Shown: in pieces, positions 21,667 through 31,265 of the stretch | Layout of the letters: every line of letters starts with the position of its first letter | Position numbering within the stretch: position 1 is the first letter of the stretch | Origin: an uncultured delta proteobacterium | GTDB taxonomy: Bacteria > Desulfobacterota > Syntrophobacteria > Syntrophobacterales > Syntrophobacteraceae | NCBI GenBank assembly: GCA_963808625.1 | Contig: CAWEHK010000052.1 | Location: 1 to 64,000, forward strand | DNA: 64,000 nt | Direction of reading: 5' to 3' | The notes under the pieces: model-generated | What the model was told of the DNA's origin: nothing | What the model saw: the letters and a program-made list of their open reading frames with translations, nothing else | Databases searched by the model: none | Program-made: the position numbers and the translations under genes

Positions 21667-21933
21667 CGAGCTTTCCTCTTCCGTGGGTGGTTACGCCGTG
21701 GTCGCGCCGACCGGGTCAGGTGAGTCATGAACTCCAGGGCAAAACCAACGGCCCTTACTCGAAAACGCCAAAAAGTATTGGTGATCTCAGGTATTTTTTA
21801 CACGCCCTTGCACCCCGTTAAAGAATGTTTATTAGAAGTTTGTTAACTTTCCGTATTAATGTGCTCAATTCGTATAACCCGGCAAACCAGTGTCGATATG
21901 GCTCAATAATTATCTCACCTGAGGAGGGTAGCG

Positions 21934-23355
21934 ATGAAGAAAAATGTCGTGCTGTTTGTATTTTTGCTCCTTTTTTCCTCTGCCTTGATAGCCTGGAGCT
22001 TTGATGACGCGCGGGCCGGTGAAGAGGTAAGGGCCGTTGTCCTTGTGGACAGCAAGTTGTACAAGGAGATAAGGCCTTTGCTCAATACTTACCTCGACTT
22101 GGCAAAGCAGAGGAGGGGGTTCGACATCATCCTCAACAGCGTCAAGGGGATAGACAAGTGGGACCACACGGAAGTGAAGCAGCACCTGATTGCTTTGAAG
22201 CAGAAGTATCCCTCGATGGATGGCGCCCTGCTGGTGGGAAATATCGCTCTCCCGACTTTCTTCAAGCCACGATCAGACATATTTCAGGTCAGGTATTTCA
22301 CGCAGTACTACGAGGACCTCGACGGGGTATTCGAGAGACGACAGGCGCCGGGATCCATAGACCCTAAATGTGCGGGTCCCGAGGGCGGCTATTTCTGCAA
22401 CGTGTACGATAATTGGACTGTTCCTGAACATGACTTCGATTACATGGAAGACCGAGCCGGCAACGGTCCCGAGATCTGGGTTGCCCTCATGCCCGTGGGC
22501 CTCACCGATCGTCATGACAACAAATACAAGGATTGGGGACGTCAGCTTGAACCGTATCTCGAGAAGGTCATCGGGTTTTACCGGGGAGAGATTGTCCCTG
22601 ACCGGAAAATGTACCAGGTGAGCAACCAGCTCTGGGACCTTTCGGCACAGTGGCATCATTACGGCCCCGAGAACATCGATTTCTACGCGATGAATCCCGA
22701 CCCCAAGGGAACGGTGCCTCCCGGTATGCCTTCAGCTTACTATTGCATGAATGGAAGAACCGCGTCTGACTGTTACGTCAGGGCTCCCATGGAGGATTAC
22801 TCAAGTTTTGCGGCTTTCTGGGATTATTACCAGACGAGGGAATGGATGGGTGAGGAATGGCAGTCACCTCTGATTTTCAGGGACCATATGCAGGCGAACA
22901 ACTACCAGTTCGTCTGGGCCAACGTCCACTCCGCGTCCTTTGTTTCGGTGCTCTCCTCGGAATGGGCCAGGAATCTCGTCAACGGCGGCCTCGTCTATCT
23001 GGCCTCGGGATGCAACGTCGCCGAGTTCTATCAGCCCAAATCGTCATCTCCCGTCGAGGAATACACATCGGTCCAGGACAACGTTCTAATGTCCTACTTG
23101 TACGGAACTTCGAACTTCATCACCGCCTTCGGCGATCCCTTTTACCGCGGTCACGACGCCAATTTCCAGCACCTGATGGCCTTTGTTCACCAGGGAGACT
23201 ATCTCGGCAAGGCCCACCACGAGCGGATGAAGAAGTACCACTGGAAAGATCCGTGGACGGGCGAAGCACTGCGTCTCTACGATCTGAAGGAGAACACCAA
23301 AGAGATGCTGCTCGGAGACCCCTTCCTCGATCTTCAGGATGCGTCGGGGAATTAG
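21934..23355 (+). CDS. Secreted protein, probable peptidase C25 (gingipain/caspase-like) fold
   Basis: Signal peptide; LLVGN..P, YEDLDG, PEIWV, NVHS, SGCNV and terminal LLGDP. Confidence 0.6.
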   Translation: MKKNVVLFVFLLLFSSALIAWSFDDARAGEEVRAVVLVDSKLYKEIRPLLNTYLDLAKQRRGFDIILNSVKGIDKWDHTEVKQHLIALKQKYPSMDGALLVGNIALPTFFKPRSDIFQVRYFTQYYEDLDGVFERRQAPGSIDPKCAGPEGGYFCNVYDNWTVPEHDFDYMEDRAGNGPEIWVALMPVGLTDRHDNKYKDWGRQLEPYLEKVIGFYRGEIVPDRKMYQVSNQLWDLSAQWHHYGPENIDFYAMNPDPKGTVPPGMPSAYYCMNGRTASDCYVRAPMEDYSSFAAFWDYYQTREWMGEEWQSPLIFRDHMQANNYQFVWANVHSASFVSVLSSEWARNLVNGGLVYLASGCNVAEFYQPKSSSPVEEYTSVQDNVLMSYLYGTSNFITAFGDPFYRGHDANFQHLMAFVHQGDYLGKAHHERMKKYHWKDPWTGEALRLYDLKENTKEMLLGDPFLDLQDASGN

Positions 23356-23422
23356 TCGTTTGATTTAAGACGGGCGCGGGTTTTACCCCTCTGCCTGAGG
23401 TCGCTCAATGGAGGAAAGGAAC

Positions 23423-24565
23423 ATGAAAAAAGGCTTGTTTGTGATCATTTGTCTGTTTCTTTTTTTGGTCTTGGGTGCAACGGGTTCCCAATGCGAAGAA
23501 ACCAAACTGATCGTCAGGGATAAAGATGGACTGCGGGAGGCGGGCAGCGTCTTTTTTTTCTATGAATTGGTATGGCCCGGTTACGGGAACTTTGTGTACC
23601 CGTTTCTCAAGGTACACTACACAACTCACACCCATTACACCCCCGGAAGCATCCCTAAGGTCCCTGCTTGCTTGAAGGAAACGCACCTGGAGGTTACTGA
23701 TTCCCCGGCTGGCATTCCCCAGAAAGAGGGGAAACCAGCGATTAAGAACTTCACTTTTTCAGAGAAGCACGACTGTGTCACAGGATTTACCTACGCGATT
23801 CCCATGGACTTGAACGAGGGGCAGATACTCTATACTGCCGCCCATGCGAAGGTCAAAGTCCTTGATTATCTGCAGGACATTCAGACGGCATTGCCCGAAT
23901 CCATGTATATGGCGGCGGTCTCCCCGGGAGATTCCGGCAAACCAAGCTACTTTGACATACAGTTGTTCGGGGAAAACATCCTCGATGGCAGGTATGAGGG
24001 CTGGAGTGCGGACGGAAATGGCATCATTGACTCGCCTTGTTCGGCCCGGGTCTTCTCAAGCTATGAATACCCAAACATACCTGTAGAAGCCGTGTCAATC
24101 AGGTATAATCTCGATCTGGTCAACTGGGTCCTGAATCAGCACTTCGTTGGCCGCCAGTCAACGGGTAAATTCGGGATTAACACCTGGGCTGACGTCCAGT
24201 ACGCCATCTGGAAATTGATCGAGTTTCCAAACAATCAGTATGTGACACATCTCACCCAGGATGCCATTGATTCCCTCATGAACCTTTATAGCTCGGACAG
24301 GGTCCGGGAAATCGTAAATGCCGCTTTGACCCGGGGAGAGGGATTCGTTCCCATGTGCAACGACCAGATGGCAATTGTTGTCGCGCCTAAAAATGGCGCC
24401 CAAACCGCAATCTTGCAGGCACGTCCCAAAGACCTGGTTAAACCCTGCAGCACAAACGACGGCAACGCCTGGGCTTATGGCAACCAAACCAACTCGTTCC
24501 CATTTCCAGGAGACCCTGACGCTTCCTACTTTGTCTATCAGGTGGAGCCGCCAATCGGAGAGTAG
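23423..24565 (+). CDS. Secreted protein with a thioester-domain-like region
   Basis: Signal peptide; GWSAD, VNWVLN, DVQYAIW. Confidence 0.6.
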   Translation: MKKGLFVIICLFLFLVLGATGSQCEETKLIVRDKDGLREAGSVFFFYELVWPGYGNFVYPFLKVHYTTHTHYTPGSIPKVPACLKETHLEVTDSPAGIPQKEGKPAIKNFTFSEKHDCVTGFTYAIPMDLNEGQILYTAAHAKVKVLDYLQDIQTALPESMYMAAVSPGDSGKPSYFDIQLFGENILDGRYEGWSADGNGIIDSPCSARVFSSYEYPNIPVEAVSIRYNLDLVNWVLNQHFVGRQSTGKFGINTWADVQYAIWKLIEFPNNQYVTHLTQDAIDSLMNLYSSDRVREIVNAALTRGEGFVPMCNDQMAIVVAPKNGAQTAILQARPKDLVKPCSTNDGNAWAYGNQTNSFPFPGDPDASYFVYQVEPPIGE

Positions 24566-24752
24566 CAGAATTGAAGATGACCGGTGAGGAATCCGACCGT
24601 CCAATGAAAAAAGGGCTTGGCAACATTGGCCAACCCCCTTTCCTTTAATGCAATCTCAGGTGACTCGGAGGGATCAGTTCGTCTGACCATTAAATGAGGT
24701 AGAATAGCAGGGGTGTGCGCATTGGTACAAAATACACCTGAAATCTTGTCAG

Positions 24753-25349
24753 TCATGGAAGTCCCCCGATGGGTACGAGAGGAAAGTCAATCGTCGGCAT
24801 GGATGCGGATGAACTTCTCGGGCTGCTCAACAAGGCCTCTGCGAACGAGTGGCGTGCGATGCCTGACTTAGGAGGCATAGGAAAGGGGCTGAGACACCGA
24901 CTGGCAGGAGTGCCTTCGTAGTGGGCCATGACCATTTGCAACGCTACCAGAAAAAGGATGATGGAGCCCGCTATCTGCAAAGATACGATGGAGAGATGCC
25001 ACTTCCCGAGAAGGAATTGGCCCGCTGTAGCTGCAAGCACCAGGGCCATGGTGGAAATCCAGAAGGCCCGGAGCGCAATACTGCGGCGCAGACTGTCATC
25101 GGCGGGACCGGTCACCTTGACGAAAGGACCGATGATCTTGATGGGGCCCAGCATAATGAACAACCTCAGGGTGAACACCTGGTTGATGGGATGGATGAGA
25201 TGCTTTCCGGGCGCCACGGATTCAGTCTGTGCCAGGGCCAGCGAGGCGCACAAAACCACCGGTGCCAGCAGTGGGAGTCCTGCGATCACTTTCATTGTTT
25301 TTTCCATATCCTTATCCTTCTCTCGTCCTTCCACTTCAGGCATCTCCAC
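24753..25349 (-). pseudogene. MarC-family membrane protein, 3'-truncated
   Basis: FIMLGPIKIIGPF, GQFLL..W, LQIAGSIILFLVAL; the second half of MarC is not seen. Confidence 0.6.
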
Positions 25350-25616
25350 AGAATGATGGGTCCATAATGCCGGCCCGTCATTCCCGCATGCTCCCCGCCT
25401 AAATGTTCATGAAAGGATGTTTCACCCCCGATGATGAAAATTGATACCCCAAAAGTCCAATGATTTCATGGGGGTTATTTTCACGGTAAAGCCTGCGGGG
25501 ACAAGCTTCGACGGGAATCCAGGAGAAAAGGCTGGACGCCCGCCTTCGCACCTGGGCTTCAACTTAGGGCTATGTCGGCAGCCTTGGCTTAACTCAGGTG
25601 CTCATCCGGCTTAGAG

Positions 25617-25703
25617 TCCCCCTTTTCTAAAGGGGGATTTAGGGGTATTTTCGAATACTTAGACTAAAATCCCCCCCAACCCCCCTTTCAGAAAAGGGGG
25701 GAG
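25617..25703. repeat. CCCCCTTT...AAAGGGGG palindrome doublet
   Basis: TCCCCCTTTTCTAAAGGGGGA and CCCCCCTTTCAGAAAAGGGGGG in a nested inverted layout. Confidence 0.75.
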
Positions 25704-25785
25704 TCCTTCGTTAAGTTGACGCCCATGCGCCTTGGCCGGCATGACTTATGGGTATTCGACAGCCATCTTGCTGGGGTGCTCTGTC

Positions 25786-26146
25786 CTAAGGCGCAGGAAC
25801 AACCTGATACGTCAGCGTACTGCCCTGGTAGGCGGGCATGTAATAAGTGGAACCGCACTGCTGATAGGTCATACCCCCGACACAGACCGATGAGCATCCG
25901 GTGGGCTGGCTGGCCACATAAGATCCAACAGCGACTTCCGTGCCGACCACCGCGGCGGTCCTCACCGCAGCCCCCCAGTCCCAGCCGGGGCCGTGACCGA
26001 CATCGATGTCCACATCACGGTTGACGTTGACGTTTCCGCTCCGATTCACGTTGACGTTCCGGTTGCGGGCATCCACATTGCTGAGATCGACGTTCATATT
26101 GCTGCGGTTCGCATCCCGGTTGCCCCAATTGACATCAGCTCTCCGA
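25786..26146 (-). CDS. Asn/Val low-complexity protein with C-terminal Cys-Cys beta domain; probably 5'-truncated
   Basis: NRNVNVNRSGNVNVNRDVDIDV...PTGC...TYQQCGSTYY.P.Y.G....Y.VV.AP; no signal peptide before the aqpZ stop. Confidence 0.55.
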
Positions 26147-26842
26147 TTACGTGTCTTCTCCGAGCCAGCGATACACGATTCCCCCCAGGGCGGCACCCAC
26201 CAGCGGCGCCACCCAGAAGACCCAGAGCTGTGCCAACGCCCAGCCACCCACAAAGATCGCCGGGCCGGTACTCCGCGCAGGATTGACCGAGAGATTGGTA
26301 ATCGGTATGCCGATCAGATGAATCAAAGTCAGGCAAAGACCAATAGCGATAGGTGCGAACCCTTGGGGAGCGCGTTTATCAGTTGATCCCATAATAACGA
26401 ACAGGAACATGAAGGTCAGGACCACTTCCGCAAGCAGTGCAGACTGCATCGCGTATCCACCCGGAGAGTTGGGGCCGTAGCCGTTGGCGGCAAAGCCGGC
26501 ACTCAGAGAAAACCCTGCCTTCCCGGTGGCAATCAGATAAAGCACTGACGAAGCGACGACAGCGCCTGCAACCTGAGCAATGATGTATGGAATCAAATCA
26601 GATGTCGGGAAACGCTTGCCGACCCACAACCCGACCGATACAGCGGGATTGAGATGGCAGCCGGATATATGACCTATCGCGTAGGCCATGGTGAGCACCG
26701 TCAAACCAAAGGCGAGGGACACACCCAACAGGCCGATCCCGACATTCGGGAAGGCGGCGGCAAACACTGCGCTGCCACACCCGCCGAGAACCAGCCAAAA
26801 GGTTCCAAGAAACTCCGCGAACGAACGTTTTGCCAAGCTCAT
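26147..26842 (-). CDS. aqpZ: Aquaporin Z
   Basis: [35 protein letters not shown] (two NPA motifs). Confidence 0.96.
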   Translation of the reverse strand: MSLAKRSFAEFLGTFWLVLGGCGSAVFAAAFPNVGIGLLGVSLAFGLTVLTMAYAIGHISGCHLNPAVSVGLWVGKRFPTSDLIPYIIAQVAGAVVASSVLYLIATGKAGFSLSAGFAANGYGPNSPGGYAMQSALLAEVVLTFMFLFVIMGSTDKRAPQGFAPIAIGLCLTLIHLIGIPITNLSVNPARSTGPAIFVGGWALAQLWVFWVAPLVGAALGGIVYRWLGEDT

Positions 26843-26854
26843 AACATTCTCCTT

Positions 26855-27331
26855 CTAAGTGTTGGTTAAAGCACTTACTGCGAAGAGCACAGCCCGAGCA
26901 GAGACTTCCTCAGCGGGCGTATCGCTCGAGTTCTCGATCCGGTCAGCCTCGATCAGGTGCGCGCCCCTTGCGCCCTTGGTTTTTTCTGAATTGCCGTGAA
27001 TCATGTCGATCAGCGCCTGGTCATCAACCGGCTTCTTGAAGTAGCCTTTCGCGCCCATTTCCCGAACGCGCTCTCTGCTTTGTGCGTCATCCAGAGCGGA
27101 CAGCACGATCACCGGAACATAGGTCCCTCGGGCCGAGAGGATTTGCAAAAGGTCGAAGCCATCCATGCCGGGCATACAGAGATCCAGAATAAGGCAATCT
27201 TGACTCGATGGGGTGACCCTCTCCAGAAACTCAGTGGCTGATGAGAACTTCAGAGCGTCGAAACCGGCGACCCTCATGAGCACGTCCATTGCATCCAGTA
27301 ACGATTCATCGTCGTCTATGATGTAGACCAT
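26855..27331 (-). CDS. Single-domain response regulator (FixJ-like receiver)
   Basis: IIDDD, LILDLCMPGMDG, PVIVLSA, KP. Confidence 0.88.
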   Translation of the reverse strand: MVYIIDDDESLLDAMDVLMRVAGFDALKFSSATEFLERVTPSSQDCLILDLCMPGMDGFDLLQILSARGTYVPVIVLSALDDAQSRERVREMGAKGYFKKPVDDQALIDMIHGNSEKTKGARGAHLIEADRIENSSDTPAEEVSARAVLFAVSALTNT

Positions 27332-27388
27332 GCTGTTCCCCTCTGACTCAAGGCTTCGGCACCATCGCTTCAGCACGTGCAGTTGTGT

Positions 27389-27443
27389 ATAGTCATCGTG
27401 ACGTGCAGCCGTCTATAACACTTTAGTTCTACGAACCGGCCCC
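27389..27443 (-). promoter_or_regulatory. Duplicated promoter/operator module, copy 1
   Basis: Near-identical to 30042-30095; contains the imperfect palindrome TAACACT-TT-AGTTCTA. Confidence 0.65.
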
Positions 27444-27451
27444 TCTGCTGC

Positions 27452-27950
27452 TATAGATTTTCAGCAAAACAGCTTCAAGATCTGTGGGGCAGGCTTTCCA
27501 ACCTGCCTGAGCCTCTTGGCAGGCTGGAAAGCCTGCCCCACATGAGCACTGCCGTGAAATTAATTATCTGAAAATCTATACTCGTTAAGGATGAAAAGGT
27601 CCTCTTTTTACCGCGGAGAACGGCAGAGTACGCAGAGAGATTTCGCTATGAAATCATTAGGTTTCTCTGCGATCTCAGCGTGCTCTGCGGTGAATTCATA
27701 AGTCTGCCAAAACGAAGGTTCTCAGCCTAAACGATTATATATCCATCGACGAAGCGGTTGCACCGATGGGCGCGCCCGCCACCGCGCATGGTTATCCCAT
27801 GCAATTTGCGGCTCCAAGCGGGTGACTAAAAAGCCCTTCTCTCCCATCACCCCGGCGAAGGCCGGGGTCCAGAAGGTCTTAAAAAACCTGGATTCCGGCT
27901 TTCCCCGGAATGACGCAAGGTGATTCGGGAGACCTTTTTGGACACCCTCC
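27452..27950. repeat. Cluster of three different palindromic repeat families
   Basis: TGTGGGGCAGGCTTTCC doublet inside TATAGATTTTCAG inverted repeats (27452-27580); CGCAGAG family (27610-27692); CACCCCGGCGAAGGCCGGGGTCCAG / CTGGATTCCGGC doublet inside GGGTG.C.AAAAAG inverted repeats (27820-27947). Confidence 0.8.
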
Positions 27951-28054
27951 AAGAGGGAGTATTTTGGGTTGGTGCGATCAGTTTGGAGAGTATTTCAAGA
28001 AGGCTGGCACGGGGAGGGCTTGGGCATAGAAGCGTTCCCCAGTGCTAACGACTT

Positions 28055-28555
28055 TCAGTAGACCCACTTGCCTCCGGAGAACCGAAAAATTTCAGTGATT
28101 TCAGTCTTGGGCTCACAGGTAAAGGGACCCCGCCTGGCTTCCTCCGCAGTTTTTCCCTGGGCCGCGCAGGTCACTATTTCGTATAAGATCTTGCCGACAA
28201 AAGGAGTGACCTTCTGGTCGGTTTTCTTGATCTCGTACGATTTGGGTTCCTTCACGGCATCGTACGTGGCTATAAACGCCGCATCGCCGCCCGAAGCCTT
28301 GTCGACCCGCATACTTTTCTCGCCATAATTTCCTTCGGTATTCAGCTTCTTCATCCAGTCCTTCTGAAATTGGACGAAGCTTTTCTCTGCCTGCACCTCG
28401 TCCGCTGCCAGCCCAACGGAGGCGAGACTCGCGACAAGACCCAGAATGAGCAACCCAATTCCTATAAACCTTATCTTATTCACGGCAACCCTTGCCTTTC
28501 TCATGGTCATTTTCCAACTTTCCTGCTGAGGGGTGGTGGAGGCCTTTTGGGTCAC
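28055..28555 (-). CDS. Hypothetical exported protein (true start probably downstream of 28555)
   Basis: Hydrophobic signal-like stretch; ends TEIFRFSGGKWVY. Confidence 0.7.
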   Translation of the reverse strand: MTQKASTTPQQESWKMTMRKARVAVNKIRFIGIGLLILGLVASLASVGLAADEVQAEKSFVQFQKDWMKKLNTEGNYGEKSMRVDKASGGDAAFIATYDAVKEPKSYEIKKTDQKVTPFVGKILYEIVTCAAQGKTAEEARRGPFTCEPKTEITEIFRFSGGKWVY

Positions 28556-28596
28556 AGACAGGATGCCCGTGACCCAAAAGGATTCTCGTTTGCGCG

Positions 28597-29730
28597 TTAT
28601 GGCATGACTTTCAGCTCAACCCGGCGATTGAGGGCCCGACCTTCGGCAGTCGCGTTGGTCGCTATCGGATCGGTGAGACCATGACCGACGGTCTTCAACC
28701 GGCTTGCAGCAATGCCTTTTGCCACAAAGTAGTCATAAACGGCCTTGGCGCGCCGCTCGGACAGCCCCATATTGTATTGAGGCGTGCCGGTAGAGTCGGT
28801 GTGCCCATTGATCTCAACTTTGATGGTCGGCTTGGCTTTCAGCATCGCCACGGCTTCATCCAAAACGGGTTGAAATTCGGGCTTGATGTTGTACTTGTCG
28901 TGGTCAAAGTTGATGCCTCTCAGCTTGATCACCTCCGCCTTTGCGACCGGCGGAACTTCTTCCGTACAGAACACATCCGTCACGAATTTCTCCATGGCTC
29001 CCGGTTTTTCGAACAGATCCGACGCTTCCACCAGGATGCCCTTGCCCAACTGAGCTATCTGCTTGTTGTTGGACGCTCCCTGTTCTTCGTTTTTCGCAAC
29101 CATGCCCTGCCCCCCCATGGTCATATCCTTGACACCGGGTTGGGCAAAAGAAATGACATGGATGGTCAGATTCGGATACTTTTCAACGAGCCGCTTCGCT
29201 TCCATGACGGGGTCACCCCCAACGTTTGCCATGCCGTCGCTTAACATAATGATTGCCGTCTTTCCGCTCAGCTTGGCAAGCAGCGCCCCCTGCTCGAGCT
29301 CGACGAAGCCCGGGGCCGTGGGAGTCATCCGACCGAAGATATCCTGCCTGTCTTTGATCGCCTTGATCCCCGCGACAAGGGCAGTCCGATTGTACGCGAC
29401 CGGTTCTTGAAGCACCTGGTAAGGAGCGAAAAGTGCAAGGGCCCCCTTATAGCTCAATTCGGGGATCAAGCTGTTCATGTCCGTAAGAAGTTGCTTGGCG
29501 AGCACCTCCTTGACAAGCCTGTCGGTGTCGTCGGCCTTTCCCTTGATGGTCTTCACTTCTTTGCCGCTGAGCTTCCAGTAGGTCATGTACATGGAACCCG
29601 ACTGGTCGACGAAAAGAACGAAGTTGTCCACTTTTGGTCCACATTTGGCTTGGGCGGGAGCACTTCCCAGAAGCATCACCAATGCCAGGATAAGTCCAGA
29701 AATTTGCCACAGTTTTGCTTTGTTTCTCAT
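28597..29730 (-). CDS. vWA + OmpA C-terminal domain protein
   Basis: MIDAS-like VDQSGSM and LSDG; NFDHDK, GHTDSTG, LSERRA, NRRVE. Confidence 0.92.
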   Translation of the reverse strand: MRNKAKLWQISGLILALVMLLGSAPAQAKCGPKVDNFVLFVDQSGSMYMTYWKLSGKEVKTIKGKADDTDRLVKEVLAKQLLTDMNSLIPELSYKGALALFAPYQVLQEPVAYNRTALVAGIKAIKDRQDIFGRMTPTAPGFVELEQGALLAKLSGKTAIIMLSDGMANVGGDPVMEAKRLVEKYPNLTIHVISFAQPGVKDMTMGGQGMVAKNEEQGASNNKQIAQLGKGILVEASDLFEKPGAMEKFVTDVFCTEEVPPVAKAEVIKLRGINFDHDKYNIKPEFQPVLDEAVAMLKAKPTIKVEINGHTDSTGTPQYNMGLSERRAKAVYDYFVAKGIAASRLKTVGHGLTDPIATNATAEGRALNRRVELKVMP

Positions 29731-30041
29731 CTTTCTCTCCTTCATTTGATTGTAAGTTATGAAATGAAAGTACACCCCTCTCTCTGTTGCCCTCAGGTGG
29801 TCGTCGGGTCGGTGCTGACGCATCATCCTTCCCGCTTATCTTCCGCCGCTTTGCCTGCCGTCCTGGGAGACTTCCAAGGGCCTCAACCGGCACCTTCAAC
29901 TGGCGGATTTGCACAAACCAGAGTAATGACAGCCCGGTGGGAGGGGCAAGTCGCTCCGAAAGCTCCCTGGCCGATGCAAACCACGCTCTTCCCCTCGGAC
30001 CGTCTAAGCCAGCATCACCGCTTGAGCGCGTCAAAATCCAC

Positions 30042-30095
30042 ATAGTCATCTGACCTGCAGCCGTCTATAGCACTTTAGTTCTACGAAATGGCCCC
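30042..30095 (-). promoter_or_regulatory. Duplicated promoter/operator module, copy 2
   Basis: ATAGTCATCTGACCTGCAGCCGTCTATAGCACTTTAGTTCTACGAAATGGCCCC. Confidence 0.65.
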
Positions 30096-30277
30096 CACAT
30101 CCTCTCAATTGCCGGTTGCAGGCCAATTCATGCGCTTGACGGAGAAGCAGGGAGCTCTTGTAAGAGATATCCGTGGTCCGGCCGCTTGCCCGAAGCAGGC
30201 GTTCTTTATCGTTTGATTACGGTAGTTTTTTATCGCATCTCTTGTTTCCGATCAATGATAAAATACGGTAGATTGTA

Positions 30278-31068
30278 ATGAATGGTTCAAATCCATTGCG
30301 TCACGGTGCCTTTTTAAGGGGGGACCCACTTCAGGCAGGCTCGTTGCCACGGCATCGATATGTTTTTTCCTGGCATTATGGTTCTTTTGGAATGCCGCGG
30401 CATCCGCCGGAGGGGTGCCAAGAACCCAACATATCGTTCTGCTGTTCCCTTACGAACCCGGGCTGCCCGCTTACGATGCGATGAATGCAGTCATCACGGG
30501 AACGATCAGGAGGAATACGGCCAACCCGGTCAATATCTATACAGAGTATCTCGACATGGTGCGGTTTCCCGATGATTTGCATCAGAAGAAGCTGTTCGAC
30601 CTAATCCGCGAGAAGTATACCAATACCGGACCGGGGTACTCCATTTTCAGCACGCAACCGGGTGAGGGAGTGATTGGGGGCCGCATGCTCAGCATCGAGC
30701 ATCCGGGGGAGGAGGCCGGAGAACTCGCGGTGCGCATCCTCCGGGGAGAGGCAGCCGAGTCCATTGCCCCGATCAGGGACTCCTTTAGCAGCAACCTGTT
30801 TGACCGGCGCCAGCTCAAACGCCATGGGATACCGGAAAGCAGGCTTCCCGAGGGGAGCCTCGTCCTGTACAAGCAGATTGCCTATGAATTGACGATTGCG
30901 GAACAGACCGTAAAGATTCATCGCGGCCGTATCACGCAGAAGCTGGGCGCTTCCTCATCGCCGACCCGGTGCGCATGGCCCAAATGGCTGATATCTCCCC
31001 GGCCCAGGCGGGCTGATTTCTCAGTTGCAGCCTCTTCTCAGGGGCATTCCGGTTTGCCGGGAGCTTGA
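30278..31068 (+). pseudogene. Deletion chimera: periplasmic sensor-kinase N-terminus fused to a FixJ/LuxR HTH
   Basis: IYTEYLD..RF, G.GVIGG, FD.RQL.R.GI.ES.LP.GS, then directly KQIAYELTIAEQTVKIHRGRITQKLG. Confidence 0.7.
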
Positions 31069-31265
31069 ACTGCCTCTTACTCTCCGCATCGACAGTTCGT
31101 CTTCAGCATCCCGATCATAATGTGATAATGCACAACTGTGAAAAGTGAAGTTAGGTTAACAAATCCAGAACCCAGAGAGTGCTTGCCATCTGCTGGTGAT
31201 ATTCTATTGTAATCCTTAAGTTTTTGATCGCTGATTTTTGAGTGACGTAAGGCAGCTGTCTCCAC

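Noticed and set aside
21875..21905. c-di-GMP-I riboswitch (GGCAAACC)
   Set aside because: The GAAA tetraloop and the downstream ACGCAAA/P2 elements are missing.
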